Both the position numbers and the translations under genes were made by a program. Shown here piece by piece: positions 1-11,598 of a DNA stretch of 64,000 bases (its first letter is position 1; the number at the start of each line of letters is the position of its first letter). The notes below the pieces were generated by a model. The model did not search any database, was not told where the DNA came from, and worked only from the letters and a program-made list of their open reading frames with translations. The stretch is from contig CAWGSK010000013.1 of assembly GCA_963825055.1 (NCBI GenBank), positions 1 to 64,000 of the forward strand. The letters are read 5' to 3'. The stretch comes from an uncultured Gemmatimonadales bacterium (GTDB lineage Bacteria > Gemmatimonadota > Gemmatimonadetes > Gemmatimonadales > GWC2-71-9).

Positions 1-2
1 AC

Positions 3-1252
<1,250 letters not shown>

Positions 1253-1280
1253 TTACTCCTGGTCTTTACAGAAGAACTGC

Positions 1281-1388
1281 TGAACCACGGAAACACGGAA
1301 TGCACGGAGACAAAACACGGAGGACGTCCAGCGCCTGGAGCATGCTGTTTCCGTGCGCCCTCCGTGTCTTCCGTGCCTCCGTGGTTCA
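1281..1388. repeat. Palindromic 9-mer element, copy 2
   Basis: tgaaccacgga...tccgtggttca, same central ccagcgcctggag; direct repeat of 74-180. Confidence 0.9.
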
Positions 1389-1465
1389 ATAACGGAGCCC
1401 TGTCGTGCTGCGGTGCGGGGAGTGCGGGAGTACACGGCCGAGTGGGGAGTGGGGACTGTCGATCC

Positions 1466-1538
1466 CTACTCCCTGCTGCCTGTCTCCACGCATTTTAATC
1501 TCTGCGTCAGCACCGGCTGCACCCCTTCGGGTCTGCCT
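1466..1538 (-). pseudogene. Second, diverged copy of the gatB 3' end
   Basis: 1497-1538 aligns to gatB 3082-3124 (37/43 by manual count, 1 gap); reads ADPKG-VQPVLTQRLKCVETGSRE*. Confidence 0.8.
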
Positions 1539-1623
1539 CGGCGTGCCATAGCCGTAGCTCAACCCCTGCGCCGTACCCGATGGCCGAGACTTCGAGTTCC
1601 TGGCCCAGTGTCCGCTTGTCCAT
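1539..1623 (-). pseudogene. Second, diverged copy of the AKR 5' end
   Basis: MDKRTLGQELEVSAIGYGA-/GLSYGYGTP vs [32 protein letters not shown]; 2-nt deletion. Confidence 0.85.
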
Positions 1624-1645
1624 CATCCCTTTTTCACTTTGCTCC

Positions 1646-1681
1646 TTTCACCTTCTCACTTCTCACTTCTCACTTCTCCTT
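1646..1681. repeat. Heptamer tandem repeat (TTCTCAC)x3+
   Basis: ttctcac ttctcac ttctcac ttctcct. Confidence 0.8.
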
Positions 1682-2180
1682 CTACTTCCCCTGTCGCCTC
1701 GACGCGGCGCCGACGTAGATCTCCGCTCGCCTGGCTCCACGCACTCCCGCGCGAGTCAGGCTGTCTCGGCCCGCCCGCGAGTAGTGCGTCCTCGAACTCG
1801 TACACCGAGGCTCACCAGGAGGGGTCGGCGTCTCGCGAGCCGGGTCTCCCTCGCAGCGCCCGCGTGACGTGCGGCGACCACACGCGGCTCCGCGAGAGAA
1901 ATCCGCGGTACGGGACTGGGTAGAAGGGATCGGCGGGAATCCGCGTCAGAACCGTCCCTGGTACTTCCGGACCAGTCACCGCGCCGAGTTCGGCCGCTCC
2001 TCGGCAGGACCTGCACGTCGGGGTTTCGCGCTCGATGCGGACACGGGATGGTCGGAGGGGGGAGTTGAAGCGAACGTCGTTCACGCAACGACAATAGCGA
2101 GCGGGCCCAGGCCAGATCCGCGAGGCAGGAAGGTGCACCGGCACCGCGGTGCGCGCAACTCGGGGGCGGCGATCGAGTCA
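1682..2180 (-). pseudogene. Heavily frameshifted unidentified gene (cargo Y)
   Basis: coding-like fragments in shifting frames ending ..AEIYVGAASRRQGK* at 1682; no intact ORF. Confidence 0.3.
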
Positions 2181-2305
2181 CGATATTCCCCTGATCGTCC
2201 AGGTGCAGCAGGCGGTTGCTCCTCTGCTGTTGCGGGGAGGAGGGAGCAGGATGCGGAGGTACTCGGGATGGGGAGTGGGGATGGGCAGGGGGTTCCTGTT
2301 GCCCA

Positions 2306-2790
2306 CTAGGGGGCACCCGAACGCATCGCTGGCGCGGGTCGCGAAGGCGAGGGCGCCGCGGAAAGCAGCAGGCGCCCGATACCCGGACCGGCGCCCCGCC
2401 ACGGCGAACGTAGGTGCCGCTCGAGCGAAGTAGCGCAACGCGGGCACGCCGCCGTCGAACACAAAATGCCACCGACCGGTCGACAGCCACCCGGACGCGA
2501 CCGAACACAGCCCCGGGCCCGAGCGCGCCGAGGCCAGCCCACGCACGTCGCGGGGGACCCCACACGCGCCGAGACCGGCGCACGACGACGTGCGCCAACG
2601 TGCGCGACGACCGCCAGCACCGAACCGGCCCAGGCCGGCAGCCGGCCAGACCGCCACCAGCAGAGCACCCGAAAACGAAGCCGAAAACGAGGGCGAAGGT
2701 AGTCCACGGCTGGCACCTCTCGCAGGGAGGCTTGGGTCAGCGGGTGACGGAGCGCCGCCCGCCGAGAAATGTCCGAAGGCGAACCATCAT
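2306..2790 (-). pseudogene. Heavily frameshifted gene, possibly membrane protein (cargo X)
   Basis: AGGAGA RBS + ATG at 2790; hydrophobic fragments (LVFGFVFG, WAGSVLAVVA, WHFVFDGGVPALRYF) in different frames. Confidence 0.35.
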
Positions 2791-2898
2791 ATCTCCTGAA
2801 TGGCGCGCCGACAGCCGCTACCTCACGAACAACTCTAACCAGCAAATGCCGGTCACCGACATGGTGGCTGACGTTAAGCTCCGTCTGGAACAGCGAAA

Positions 2899-2985
2899 GG
2901 AAACACGGAACACGGAGACAAAACACGGAGGCGCCCAGCGCTGGAGCTGCTGTTTCGTGGCCACTCCGTGTCGTGTCGTGGTTCA
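2899..2985. repeat. Palindromic 9-mer element, degenerate copy 3
   Basis: aaacacggaa cacggagacaaaacacggag...ccagcgctggag...gtggttca; similarity to copy 2 continues into the flank (ggagc..tgtcgtgc). Confidence 0.8.
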
Positions 2986-3029
2986 TAGGAGCTGTCGTGC
3001 AACGATGCCGGGCTACGCCTAACTCCACT

Positions 3030-3074
3030 GCCTACCCCCTACTCCCTACTCCCTACTCCCTACTCCCCACTCCC
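3030..3074. repeat. Heptamer tandem repeat (CCCTACT)n abutting the gatB stop
   Basis: ccctact x4 plus degenerate units. Confidence 0.9.
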
Positions 3075-4491
3075 CTATCCCAATCTCTCCTTCAACACCG
3101 GCTGCACCCCCTTCGGATCAGCCTGCCCCTTGCTCCGCTTCATCACCTGCCCCACGAAGAACCCCATCAGCTTCACCTCGCCGCCCCGGAACCGCTCCAC
3201 CTCCGCCGGGTGCGCGGCGATCACCTCGTCCACCCAGGCCCCGAGGGCGTCGGTGTCGCCCACCTGGATGAGACCCAGCCGCTCGGCCACGGCCTTCGGG
3301 TCGGGGTCGTTCTCCAACTCGGGGAAGACCCGCTTGGCGGCCTGGTGGCTCACGACGCCTTCGTCCACCAGCGCGATGAGCGCGGCGAGCCGGGCCGGGG
3401 GCACCGGCAGGCCCCCGCCGCCCTTCCGGATGGACTGGACGTCCCCCATGACCCAGCCGACCGCGGACCTGGGGTCGGCGCCGGACTGGACGACGGCTTC
3501 GAAGTAGTCGGCCACCGGGCGCTCGGAGGTGAGCTCGCCGGCGTGATACTCCGAGAGGCCGTACTTCTCCACGAACCGGTCGCGCTTGGCCTCGGGCATT
3601 TCCGGGAAGCGCCGACTGCTGCTCGGCGATCCAGGCGGCATCCAGCACGAGCGGGGGAATGTCGGGCTCGGGGAAGTAGCGGTAGTCGTGGCTCTCTTCC
3701 TTTGACCGCATGGGATGGACGGTGCCCTTCCCCGCGTCGAAGAGGAGCGTGACCTGCTCCACCTTCCCGCCACTCTCCAGCAACCCGATCTGCCGCTCCG
3801 CCTCGGCCGTCAGCGCACGCTCGACGTTGGCGAAGCTGTTCATGTTCTTGACCTCGGTCTTGGTGCCGAGGGCGGAAGCGCCGCGCTTCCGGATCGAGAG
3901 ATTCGCGTCCACGCGGAGGGTGCCCTCTTCCATGTTGCACTGGCTGACGCCGGTGTAGACCACGGCCTGCCTCAACTCAGTGAGGAACGCGCGCGCCTCG
4001 GCGGGGGACCGGAGGTCCGGACCGGTGACGATCTCGGCCAGCGGGGCGCCGGCGCGATTGAGATCGATCGCGGTCATGCCGGGATATCGGTCATGGAGGG
4101 ACTTCCCGGCGTCCTCTTCCACATGGAGCCGGGTGATGGAGACACCGAGCCGCCCGCGATCAGCCGAGACGAACTCCAGCACGCCCTGCGTGGCCAGGGG
4201 GCGGTCGTACTGCGAGATCTGGTACCCCTTGGGCAGGTCCGGATAGAAGTAGTTCTTCCGGGAGAAGATGCTCTCCGCGTGCACCGTGCAGCCCAGTGCC
4301 AGTGCCGCGCGCGCCGCGTAGGCGATCGCGGCGCCGTTCGGCACCGGCAACGCGCCGGGGAGGCCCAGGCAGACCGGGCAGACCTGGCTGTTGGGCGGCG
4401 CGCCGAAGCTGTTGGGGCAGCCGCAGAACATCTTCGTCGCCGTGTCCAGCTGGACGTGGATCTCGAGGCCGATCACCGTTTCCCAGGCCAT
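3075..4491 (-). CDS. gatB: Asp-tRNA(Asn)/Glu-tRNA(Gln) amidotransferase subunit B (1-bp frameshift near 3605)
   Basis: VIGLEIHVQL, YFYPDLPKGYQISQ, DYRYFPEPD; C-terminal GFFVGQVMK..ADPK in the adjacent frame. Confidence 0.95.
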
Positions 4492-5924
4492 CAGCGCACC
4501 TCCCCGGCGGCGTCGAGCCGCGCCTCGAGCGCCCGCGCGACGTTCAGCATCCGGGTCTCCTTGAACGCCGGCGCGATCAGCTGCCCGCCGAGCGGGAGCC
4601 CTTCGTCCATGCCGACGGGCAGGCTCATCGCCGGCAGGCCCGCCAGGCTCGCGGGGGCGGTGAAGATGTCGGCCAGGTACATCGCGACGGGGTCCTCCGT
4701 CTTCTCGCCCGCCTTGAAGGCCGGCGTCGGGGTGGTGGGCGTGAAGAGCAGGTCCACCCCGTCGCTGAAGACCTTGCGGAAGTCGTCCGCCAGGAGTGCC
4801 CGCACCTGCTGCGCCTTCCGGTAATAGGCGTCGTAGTAGCCCGCGCTCAGGACGTACGTGCCGACCAGGATGCGGCGCTTCACCTCGGTGCCGAAGCCTT
4901 TCCCGCGTGTGGCGCGGTAGAGTGCGCGCAGGTCGCCACCCTCAGGTTCGACGCGTTTCCCGTACCGGACCCCGTCGAATCGCGCGAGGTTGGAGGACGC
5001 CTCCGCCGGCGCAATGATGTAGTAGGTCGGCACCGCGAAGGGCGTGTGCGGGAGCGAGACCTCCCGGATATCTGCGCCCAGGTCACGGAGCATGGCGATC
5101 GCCCGGTCCAGCCCGGCCTTCACCCCGGGGTGCAGGTCTTCCGGGAAGTATTCCTTCGGAAGCCCGATGGTTACGCCGCCGAGTCCCTCGCGCGGAGGTG
5201 TAAGCGCGATGGCGGGCTTGGCGGCCGTGGTGGGATCGAGCGGGTCTTCCCCGCTGATCACCTGGAGCACCCGCGCCGCATCGTCCACACTCTGCCCGAA
5301 AACCGAAACGCAGTCCAGCGACGAACCGAACGCGACCAGGCCGTAGCGGCTCACCCGCCCGTAGGTCGGCTTCACACCGACGATGCCGCAGAAGCTGGCC
5401 GGCTGCCGCACCGACCCACCGGTCTCCGAGCCGAGCGCCGCCGGGACCGCTCCCGCGGCGACAAGCGCGGCGCTGCCACCGGAGCTTCCGCCGGGCACCC
5501 TCTCCGGATCCAGCGGGTGCTTCACCCGCCCGAACGCCGAGTGCTCGGTGCTGGAGCCCATGGCGAACTCGTCCATGTTCGCCTTGCCGGCGATCATCGC
5601 CCCGGCGGCCCGGAGCCGCTCGATCACCGTGGCGTTGTAGGGCGAGCGATAGCCCTCGAGAATCCTCGACGCACAGGTGCTGGGCTGCTCGACCGTGACG
5701 ATGTTGTCCTTGATGGCGATGGGCACGCCGGCGAGCAGCCCCTTCTCCGCCATCCCGTGCACCCGGTTCGCCTCCGCATCGAGCAGCGCGGGAGACCAGT
5801 CGAGCAGGGCATTCAGCTCCCGCTTCTCGGTGGCCTTCAGGCGCTCCACGGTGTCCCGCGCAACGTCCGCCGCCGACCACAGGCCAGCCCGAACCGACTC
5901 GGCGATTTCCACGACCGGCTTCAT
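4491..5924 (-). CDS. gatA: Amidotransferase subunit A
   Basis: KDNI, DEFAMGSS, GGSSGGSAA, GSETGGSVRQPA, LSAGYYDAYY. Confidence 0.97.
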   Translation of the reverse strand: MKPVVEIAESVRAGLWSAADVARDTVERLKATEKRELNALLDWSPALLDAEANRVHGMAEKGLLAGVPIAIKDNIVTVEQPSTCASRILEGYRSPYNATVIERLRAAGAMIAGKANMDEFAMGSSTEHSAFGRVKHPLDPERVPGGSSGGSAALVAAGAVPAALGSETGGSVRQPASFCGIVGVKPTYGRVSRYGLVAFGSSLDCVSVFGQSVDDAARVLQVISGEDPLDPTTAAKPAIALTPPREGLGGVTIGLPKEYFPEDLHPGVKAGLDRAIAMLRDLGADIREVSLPHTPFAVPTYYIIAPAEASSNLARFDGVRYGKRVEPEGGDLRALYRATRGKGFGTEVKRRILVGTYVLSAGYYDAYYRKAQQVRALLADDFRKVFSDGVDLLFTPTTPTPAFKAGEKTEDPVAMYLADIFTAPASLAGLPAMSLPVGMDEGLPLGGQLIAPAFKETRMLNVARALEARLDAAGEVR

Positions 5925-6223
5925 TCGGCATCCTCCAGCGTGCCCATCCGCGGCACCACGAAGAAGCCGTCACGAAGGGCGGGAGCGAAGTCGCTGAGCG
6001 GCCGCTGGAGCCGGACTGGGTCGGGCGTGTCCTCCCGGAGCCGGGTCTTCTCGGGCCCGGGCAGGAAAGGCCGGGCGTCCGCATCGGCCGGCACGCGGTT
6101 CAGCTCCTCGCAGAACCCCACGATGCGATTGAGCTGGTTGACCAGCGCCTCGAGTTCCGACTCGCTCACGTCCAGTTCGGCCAGGTGGCTCACCTTCCGG
6201 ACTTCGTCCTTTCCGATGCTCAT
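5921..6223 (-). CDS. gatC: Amidotransferase subunit C
   Basis: EVRKVSHLAEL...LREDTP...FFVVPR; position before gatA. Confidence 0.92.
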   Translation of the reverse strand: MSIGKDEVRKVSHLAELDVSESELEALVNQLNRIVGFCEELNRVPADADARPFLPGPEKTRLREDTPDPVRLQRPLSDFAPALRDGFFVVPRMGTLEDAE

Positions 6224-8505
6224 GCGCTCTCCCAGTCACGCTCGAGGCCGGCGTACGCCACGAGCAGTTGCTTGACGCCGGTCTCTTCGTCGTCGAAATG
6301 CACTTCCACCTTGAGGTCCCGGCCGCTCCCCCTGAGGCCGCGGATGGTGCCGCTGCCGAACCGCCGGTGCCGCACCCGCTCGCCTTTCACGTATCGCGGC
6401 GCGTCCTGGGACGCGTCCTCCGGCTGGGTCATGAAGGACTCCGTCACCGGCTCGTGCCCGAACCACCCGCCACCGCTGCTGCCACGCCCGCTCCGCTCCT
6501 CCCGCGACCGGGACGGCCGGCCGGGCAGCGACCAGAGCGAAGTCGTCCGCTCTTCGTCCACCGCCTCCGGCGGCAGCGCCGCCAGGAAGCGGCTGGGCCG
6601 GCCGGGCTTCAACTCGCCCCCGCGCCGCCTGGTGCGCGCCCAGCTGAGGTAGAGCTTGTTCCGGGCCCGGGTCAGTCCGACGTAGCAGAGCCGGCGCTCC
6701 TCTTCCACCCCGTCGGGCTGCTCCACGGCGCGCGCCAGCGGGAAGAGCCCATCCTCCATGCCGGACATGACGACCACCGGCCACTCCAGACCCTTGGCGG
6801 TGTGCAGCGTCATGAGGGTGACCCCGCCCTCCTCGCCCACGATCTTGTCGTTGGAGGTGATGAGCGCCGCCTCCGAGAGGAACCGCTCGAGGGGGGTGCC
6901 GGGCACGTCCTCATCCACCGCGATTTCTGACCAGTCGGCGGCGCTCGCCAGGAGTTCCCTGACGTTCTCCCACCGCTCGACCCCTTCCGGCCCTTCCTGC
7001 GTGAGCACGTCCTCGTATCCGACGGCGCGAATGGCGTCTTCCAGCACCTGCGCGGGAGGCGCCTGCCCCGAACGCTCGCGAATGCCGTCTATCAGTTCGG
7101 CGAAGCGTACCAGTGCATTCCGTACGTTGGGGCGGAGGCCCTCGATACCGCCCGCCAGCCGTGCGGCGTCCAGCAGCGGCTTGCTCCACGCGGCGGCCTT
7201 CTCCTGGAGCGTGGCCAGGGAAGACTCGCCGATGCCGCGGCGCGGCACGCCGATCACCCGGAGGAAGGCCTGGTCGTCCTTCGGGTTCGCCACGAGCCGC
7301 AAGTACGCGAGCAGGTCCTTCACTTCCCGGCGATCATAGAAACTCACCGCACCGATGAGCCGGTACGGGATGGCGGCCCGGCGAAAGGCCTCTTCCAGGG
7401 CCCGGGACTGGCTGTTCGTGCGATACAGAATCGCGACGTCGTTCCACTCGACGTCTCCCCGCGCCTTCCGGTTGTTCAACTCCCGGACGATCCACTCGGC
7501 TTCGTCCCGCTCGTCGGCGCAGGCCACCAGGGTGAGCCGCTCGCCGCCGGCACGGGTCGTCCGGAGCGTCTTGCCCATGCGCCCGACATTTTCCGCGATG
7601 ACGCCGTTTGCCGCGTCCAGGATCAGAGCCGTCGAGCGGTAGTTTTCCTCCAGACGCACGGTCTTCGCGCCGGGAAAGTCGACCAGGAACTGCTGCATGT
7701 TCCGGACGTCCGCCCCCCGCCAGCCGTAGATGGACTGGTCGTCATCGCCCACCACGAACACGTTCCGGTGCTCCCGGCCCATCTGCTCGATCAGGCGGTA
7801 CTGCGCGCCGTTGGTGTCCTGGAACTCGTCCACCAGCAGGAACTGGAACCGGTGCTGGTAATACGCGAGCCGGTCGGGGTGTTCGCGGAAGAGCTTGAGC
7901 GGATGGAGCAGCAGGTCATCGAAGTCCATCGCGTTGGCCTGCTGGAGCGCCGGGCCCATGGCACCGTACACGTCCGCCGCCACGGCCACCAGGCGGTCGT
8001 ACGTCGCGCCGCGGGCCAGGTCGTCCGGGCTCTCCATCCGGTTCTTGGCCGCGGAGATGATGGACGACACCGCGCGGGGGGTGAACAGCTTGGTGGAGTG
8101 CCCCCGGCTGTCCATGAGCCGGCGGATCAGCGCCTGCCGGTCATCTTCATCATAGATGGTGTACTGGTGCGTGAAGCCCAGCAGCGGCGCCTCGCGGCGG
8201 AGAATCCGCGCGGAGAGCGAATGGAACGTGCCGATCCAGAGCCCGCCCGGATCCCGGCCGAGCAACTGGCCCACGCGGTCCTTCATCTCGCCCGCGGCCT
8301 TGTTGGTGAAGGTGACCGCGAAAATCCTGTTCGCGGGCACCCCGCCCGCATCGATCAGGCGCGCAATCCGCACCGTGAGCACACGGGTCTTCCCGCTGCC
8401 CGCTCCCGCGAGCACGAGCATGGGGCCGGAGACGTGCTCCGCCGCCTCGCGCTGCGCCGGGTTCAGCCGGTCGAGCCAGGGGTCAGTCTGTGCGGGTGCC
8501 ATCAT
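6220..8505 (-). CDS. pcrA: UvrD/PcrA family DNA helicase
   Basis: LAGAGSGKT, TFTNKAA, VDEFQDTN, GDDDQSIYGWRGA, ENYRS, TLHTAKGLE; C-terminal Tudor-like domain. Confidence 0.93.
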   Translation of the reverse strand: MMAPAQTDPWLDRLNPAQREAAEHVSGPMLVLAGAGSGKTRVLTVRIARLIDAGGVPANRIFAVTFTNKAAGEMKDRVGQLLGRDPGGLWIGTFHSLSARILRREAPLLGFTHQYTIYDEDDRQALIRRLMDSRGHSTKLFTPRAVSSIISAAKNRMESPDDLARGATYDRLVAVAADVYGAMGPALQQANAMDFDDLLLHPLKLFREHPDRLAYYQHRFQFLLVDEFQDTNGAQYRLIEQMGREHRNVFVVGDDDQSIYGWRGADVRNMQQFLVDFPGAKTVRLEENYRSTALILDAANGVIAENVGRMGKTLRTTRAGGERLTLVACADERDEAEWIVRELNNRKARGDVEWNDVAILYRTNSQSRALEEAFRRAAIPYRLIGAVSFYDRREVKDLLAYLRLVANPKDDQAFLRVIGVPRRGIGESSLATLQEKAAAWSKPLLDAARLAGGIEGLRPNVRNALVRFAELIDGIRERSGQAPPAQVLEDAIRAVGYEDVLTQEGPEGVERWENVRELLASAADWSEIAVDEDVPGTPLERFLSEAALITSNDKIVGEEGGVTLMTLHTAKGLEWPVVVMSGMEDGLFPLARAVEQPDGVEEERRLCYVGLTRARNKLYLSWARTRRRGGELKPGRPSRFLAALPPEAVDEERTTSLWSLPGRPSRSREERSGRGSSGGGWFGHEPVTESFMTQPEDASQDAPRYVKGERVRHRRFGSGTIRGLRGSGRDLKVEVHFDDEETGVKQLLVAYAGLERDWESA

Positions 8506-9640
8506 GCAACGGTATCCGTATCAGGAAACATGCGCCCTTTTCACTGGGTTCAAGGACCAGTTCGCCGCGGTGGGCGTCCTCAATCACGCGTCGCGAGAGG
8601 GCGAGGCCAATGCCCCACCCGCCGGTCTTGGTGGAGGTGCCGGGGTCGAACAGTGTGCGGCGGACCTCGCGGCTTACGCCGGGGCCGGTGTCCATCACCC
8701 GGAGCTCGCCCGAATCATCGAGCGCACCCGCACGCAGGGTAATCGAACCTTCCCTGCCCTGCATCGCATCGATCGCGTTCTTCACGAGGCACTCGAGCGC
8801 CCACTCGAGCAGGACCGGATCGCCCTCCACCATCGGGCCGGGCCCGGGCGCCTCCACGCGGAGCTGGATCGGCCGGGCGTGCTTCGGGAGCCTCGGCCGG
8901 AAATACTCCGCCACCTTCTCCGCCAGCGCGCCGAGTGCGACGGGCTCCCGTCGGGCGGGCCGGCCGATCCGCTCGAAGCGCTGGGCCACCTTGTCCAGCC
9001 GCTCAGCATCCGCCGCGAGGTAATCCGCCAGCCCGGGCGGAGGCGTCGACCTCGACCGGACCTGCTCAACCCACCCCTTGAGGCTGGTGAGCGGCGTGCC
9101 CATCTGGTGGGCCGCCTCGCGCGCCATCGCCGCCCAGAGCCGGTCTTCCTTGGCGTTGAGCGCACTCCGGTAGGCGAACGCCCCCACCGCGAGCATCACC
9201 GCCAGCGTCAGGCCCTGGAGGATGGCCAGCTGCGAGAGCTGCCGCCGCGCGGGGACGGTGCCGTAGTGCACCGTATGGCCGAGGGTCGGGTCCACCACCG
9301 GTGTGTTCTCGCGATCGAGCCGGGCGGCGTAGCGCCGGACGCGCGGGTCGTCCACGTCGGCGTCGAACGGGAGGTTGGCCGCCGCCGTCACCTGCCCGGC
9401 GTCGTCGGTCACCACCACCGGAATCCCGACCTGCCGCACCCGCTCCCCGATCCGCAGCAGGGCATCGGCCTCCGCACCGGGGCGCGGATCATTCAGGGCG
9501 GCGAAGACGCTGGAGAAGAGCTGGCTCACGGAGGCGGCTTCCTCGCGGAAGTGCCGCACCACGATGACGCCGGAGGCCACGCTGAGCCCGGCCAGGAGCA
9601 GGATCAGCAGCGCGACCAGCGCCGGCGCGTACCGGCGCAT
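8483..9640 (-). CDS. Membrane sensor histidine kinase
   Basis: two TM segments, AHQMGTPL H-box, KNAIDA, DTGPG, GWGIGL. Confidence 0.9.
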   Translation of the reverse strand: MRRYAPALVALLILLLAGLSVASGVIVVRHFREEAASVSQLFSSVFAALNDPRPGAEADALLRIGERVRQVGIPVVVTDDAGQVTAAANLPFDADVDDPRVRRYAARLDRENTPVVDPTLGHTVHYGTVPARRQLSQLAILQGLTLAVMLAVGAFAYRSALNAKEDRLWAAMAREAAHQMGTPLTSLKGWVEQVRSRSTPPPGLADYLAADAERLDKVAQRFERIGRPARREPVALGALAEKVAEYFRPRLPKHARPIQLRVEAPGPGPMVEGDPVLLEWALECLVKNAIDAMQGREGSITLRAGALDDSGELRVMDTGPGVSREVRRTLFDPGTSTKTGGWGIGLALSRRVIEDAHRGELVLEPSEKGACFLIRIPLHDGTRTD

Positions 9641-9647
9641 GGGGATG

Positions 9648-10931
9648 TCACGCACGGGGCACGAGGCGCTCCAGCCCGAGCCAGGGCACGAGCGCGTCGG
9701 GGATGCGCACGCTACCGTCGGACTGCTGGTTGTTCTCCAGCAGGGCGATGATGGTGCGCGGCAGGGCCACTCCGGAGGCGTTCAGCGTGTGCACGAACTC
9801 CGGCTTTGCCCCGGGTTCGGGACGGAAGCGGATGTTCGCGCGGCGCGCCTGGAAGTCGGTGAAGGTGCTGGCGCTCGAGGCCTCGAGCCACGCCCCCACC
9901 CCGCCGGCCCAGACTTCGAGGTCATACGTGCAGGCGCTCGCGAAGCCGGTGTCGCCCGCGGCCAGCGCCAGCACGCGGTAGGGAATCTCGAGGCGCCGGA
10001 GCACCTCCTCGGCGTGCGCAGTGAGCTTTGCGTGCTCTGCCTCGCTCTCCTCCGGACGCACGATGCGCACGAGCTCCACCTTGTCGAACTGGTGCACGCG
10101 GGTGAGGCCGCGGGTGTCCTTGCCGTGCGCGCCCGCCTCGCGGCGGAAGCACGGCGTCCAGGCGGTGTATCCCAGGGGCAGCTCCGCCGCGTCCAGGATC
10201 TCGTCGCGGCGCAGGTTGGTCACCGGGACTTCGGCGGTGGGAATCAGGTACAGCCCGTCCTCCGGGACCGCGTACAGCTCCTCCGCGAACTTGGGCAGCT
10301 GCCCGGTACCGGTCATGGTGGTTTCCGTCACCAGGTACGGCGGCATGATCTCGGTGTAGCCGTGCTGCGTCGTGTGGAGGTCCAGCATGAAGTTGACGAG
10401 GGAGCGAACCAGCCTCGCGCCCTGGCCGGTGAAGACGGGGAACCCGGAACCCGACACCTTGGCGCCCCGCGCCAGGTCGAACAGGCCGAGCGACTCGCCC
10501 AGCTCCCAGTGCGGCTTCGGTTCGAAATCAAAGGAAGGATGCGTTCCCCACTCCCGCACGACGGCGTTCGCGTCGGCGCCGCCATCCGGCACGCCGGGAA
10601 GCGGCGGGTTCGGAATGGTGAGCAGGAGCCCGTGGAGTTCCGTGTCGACCTCCCGCACCTCCGCCTCCATCCGCTTCACCTCCTCGCCCGAGGCCTTCAG
10701 CCGGGCCAGCAGGTCGTCCGCCGGTTCCTTCGCGCGCTTCCGCTTCGCGACCTCCTCGCTGGCCGCGTTCCGCCCGGCCTTCAGCGATTCCATCTCCGTG
10801 AGCAGGGCACGGCGACGCTCGTCGACGGCCAGGACGCGGTCCACGATGCCGTCGAGCGCCGGATCCCGCCGGCGGGCGAGCGCCGCGCGGAACCCGTCCG
10901 GATCCTGGCGCAGCTGCTTGAGATCGATCAC
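9648..10931 (-). CDS. serS: Seryl-tRNA synthetase
   Basis: LIPTAEVP, FRREAG, RVHQFDKVE, HTLNASG. Confidence 0.97.
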   Translation of the reverse strand: MIDLKQLRQDPDGFRAALARRRDPALDGIVDRVLAVDERRRALLTEMESLKAGRNAASEEVAKRKRAKEPADDLLARLKASGEEVKRMEAEVREVDTELHGLLLTIPNPPLPGVPDGGADANAVVREWGTHPSFDFEPKPHWELGESLGLFDLARGAKVSGSGFPVFTGQGARLVRSLVNFMLDLHTTQHGYTEIMPPYLVTETTMTGTGQLPKFAEELYAVPEDGLYLIPTAEVPVTNLRRDEILDAAELPLGYTAWTPCFRREAGAHGKDTRGLTRVHQFDKVELVRIVRPEESEAEHAKLTAHAEEVLRRLEIPYRVLALAAGDTGFASACTYDLEVWAGGVGAWLEASSASTFTDFQARRANIRFRPEPGAKPEFVHTLNASGVALPRTIIALLENNQQSDGSVRIPDALVPWLGLERLVPRA

Positions 10932-10934
10932 AGC

Positions 10935-11486
10935 CTAGTTCTTGGGAATGCCGGGCATGAGGTCGCGATAGCCGCAATTGGTATTCGCGAGCACCCGGAA
11001 GGTCAGCGTGCGCTCCGTGAGATCCTGCGACAGGAACTCCACCTTGGAATACAGCGGAAGGCCGAGGTTCGTGCAGATGAGCGAGGAGCGGATGAGGTAC
11101 ACATCGCCGACCTGGGCCACGAGTGTATCCGTGGTGTTGTAACCGTTGCTCAGCGCCCGGGTAATGGCGTCGAAGGCCTCGTCGGACTTCTGGAAACCGG
11201 GCTGGATGGTCTTGCCCTGGGAGAGGCCGAGGGCGCCGAGGGACAGGAAGAGCGGCCGGTCCTGGGCATCGATGTCGAACGCGAAGTCGAAGGAGCCGTT
11301 CTGGTCCAGGCGTACCAGGCCGGAGTTGACCGAGTACCCGCTGGGGGTGGTCACCGGCGTGTTGCTGAGCGCGAAGATCGTGACGGTATCGACGATGTTG
11401 TCGATCCGTGCGTTGGGCAGCGCGTTGGGGTCGCCGCAGGCGGCCAGGGCCGCCCCGAACAGGAGCAGGGGAATGTGGGGCTTCAT
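10935..11486 (-). CDS. Hypothetical lipoprotein
   Basis: MKPHIPLLLFGAALAAC lipobox. Confidence 0.8.
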   Translation of the reverse strand: MKPHIPLLLFGAALAACGDPNALPNARIDNIVDTVTIFALSNTPVTTPSGYSVNSGLVRLDQNGSFDFAFDIDAQDRPLFLSLGALGLSQGKTIQPGFQKSDEAFDAITRALSNGYNTTDTLVAQVGDVYLIRSSLICTNLGLPLYSKVEFLSQDLTERTLTFRVLANTNCGYRDLMPGIPKN

Positions 11487-11493
11487 CGGGCGA

Positions 11494-11566
11494 AGGTTAC
11501 TCGCCCCGCTGAAGCGGGTCAACCCGGCGTCATTGCTTGACTTCCGCGCTCGCCGGACCTTACGTT
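11494..11566. promoter_or_regulatory. Divergent sigma70-like promoters
   Basis: minus: TTGACC-17-TAACCT-7nt-ATG; plus: TTGACT-18-TACGTT. Confidence 0.6.
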
Positions 11567-11598
11567 CTCCACCGCATTTCTCCCTTCCGCGAGTGGAC

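Noticed and set aside
3590..3620. Programmed frameshift or pseudogenisation of gatB (likewise coaX ~23640, rpsT ~39960, nuoN ~62340)
   Set aside because: Single-base indels mostly at short G/C runs in core genes that are otherwise intact, with no slippery heptamer. This is typical of long-read consensus error.
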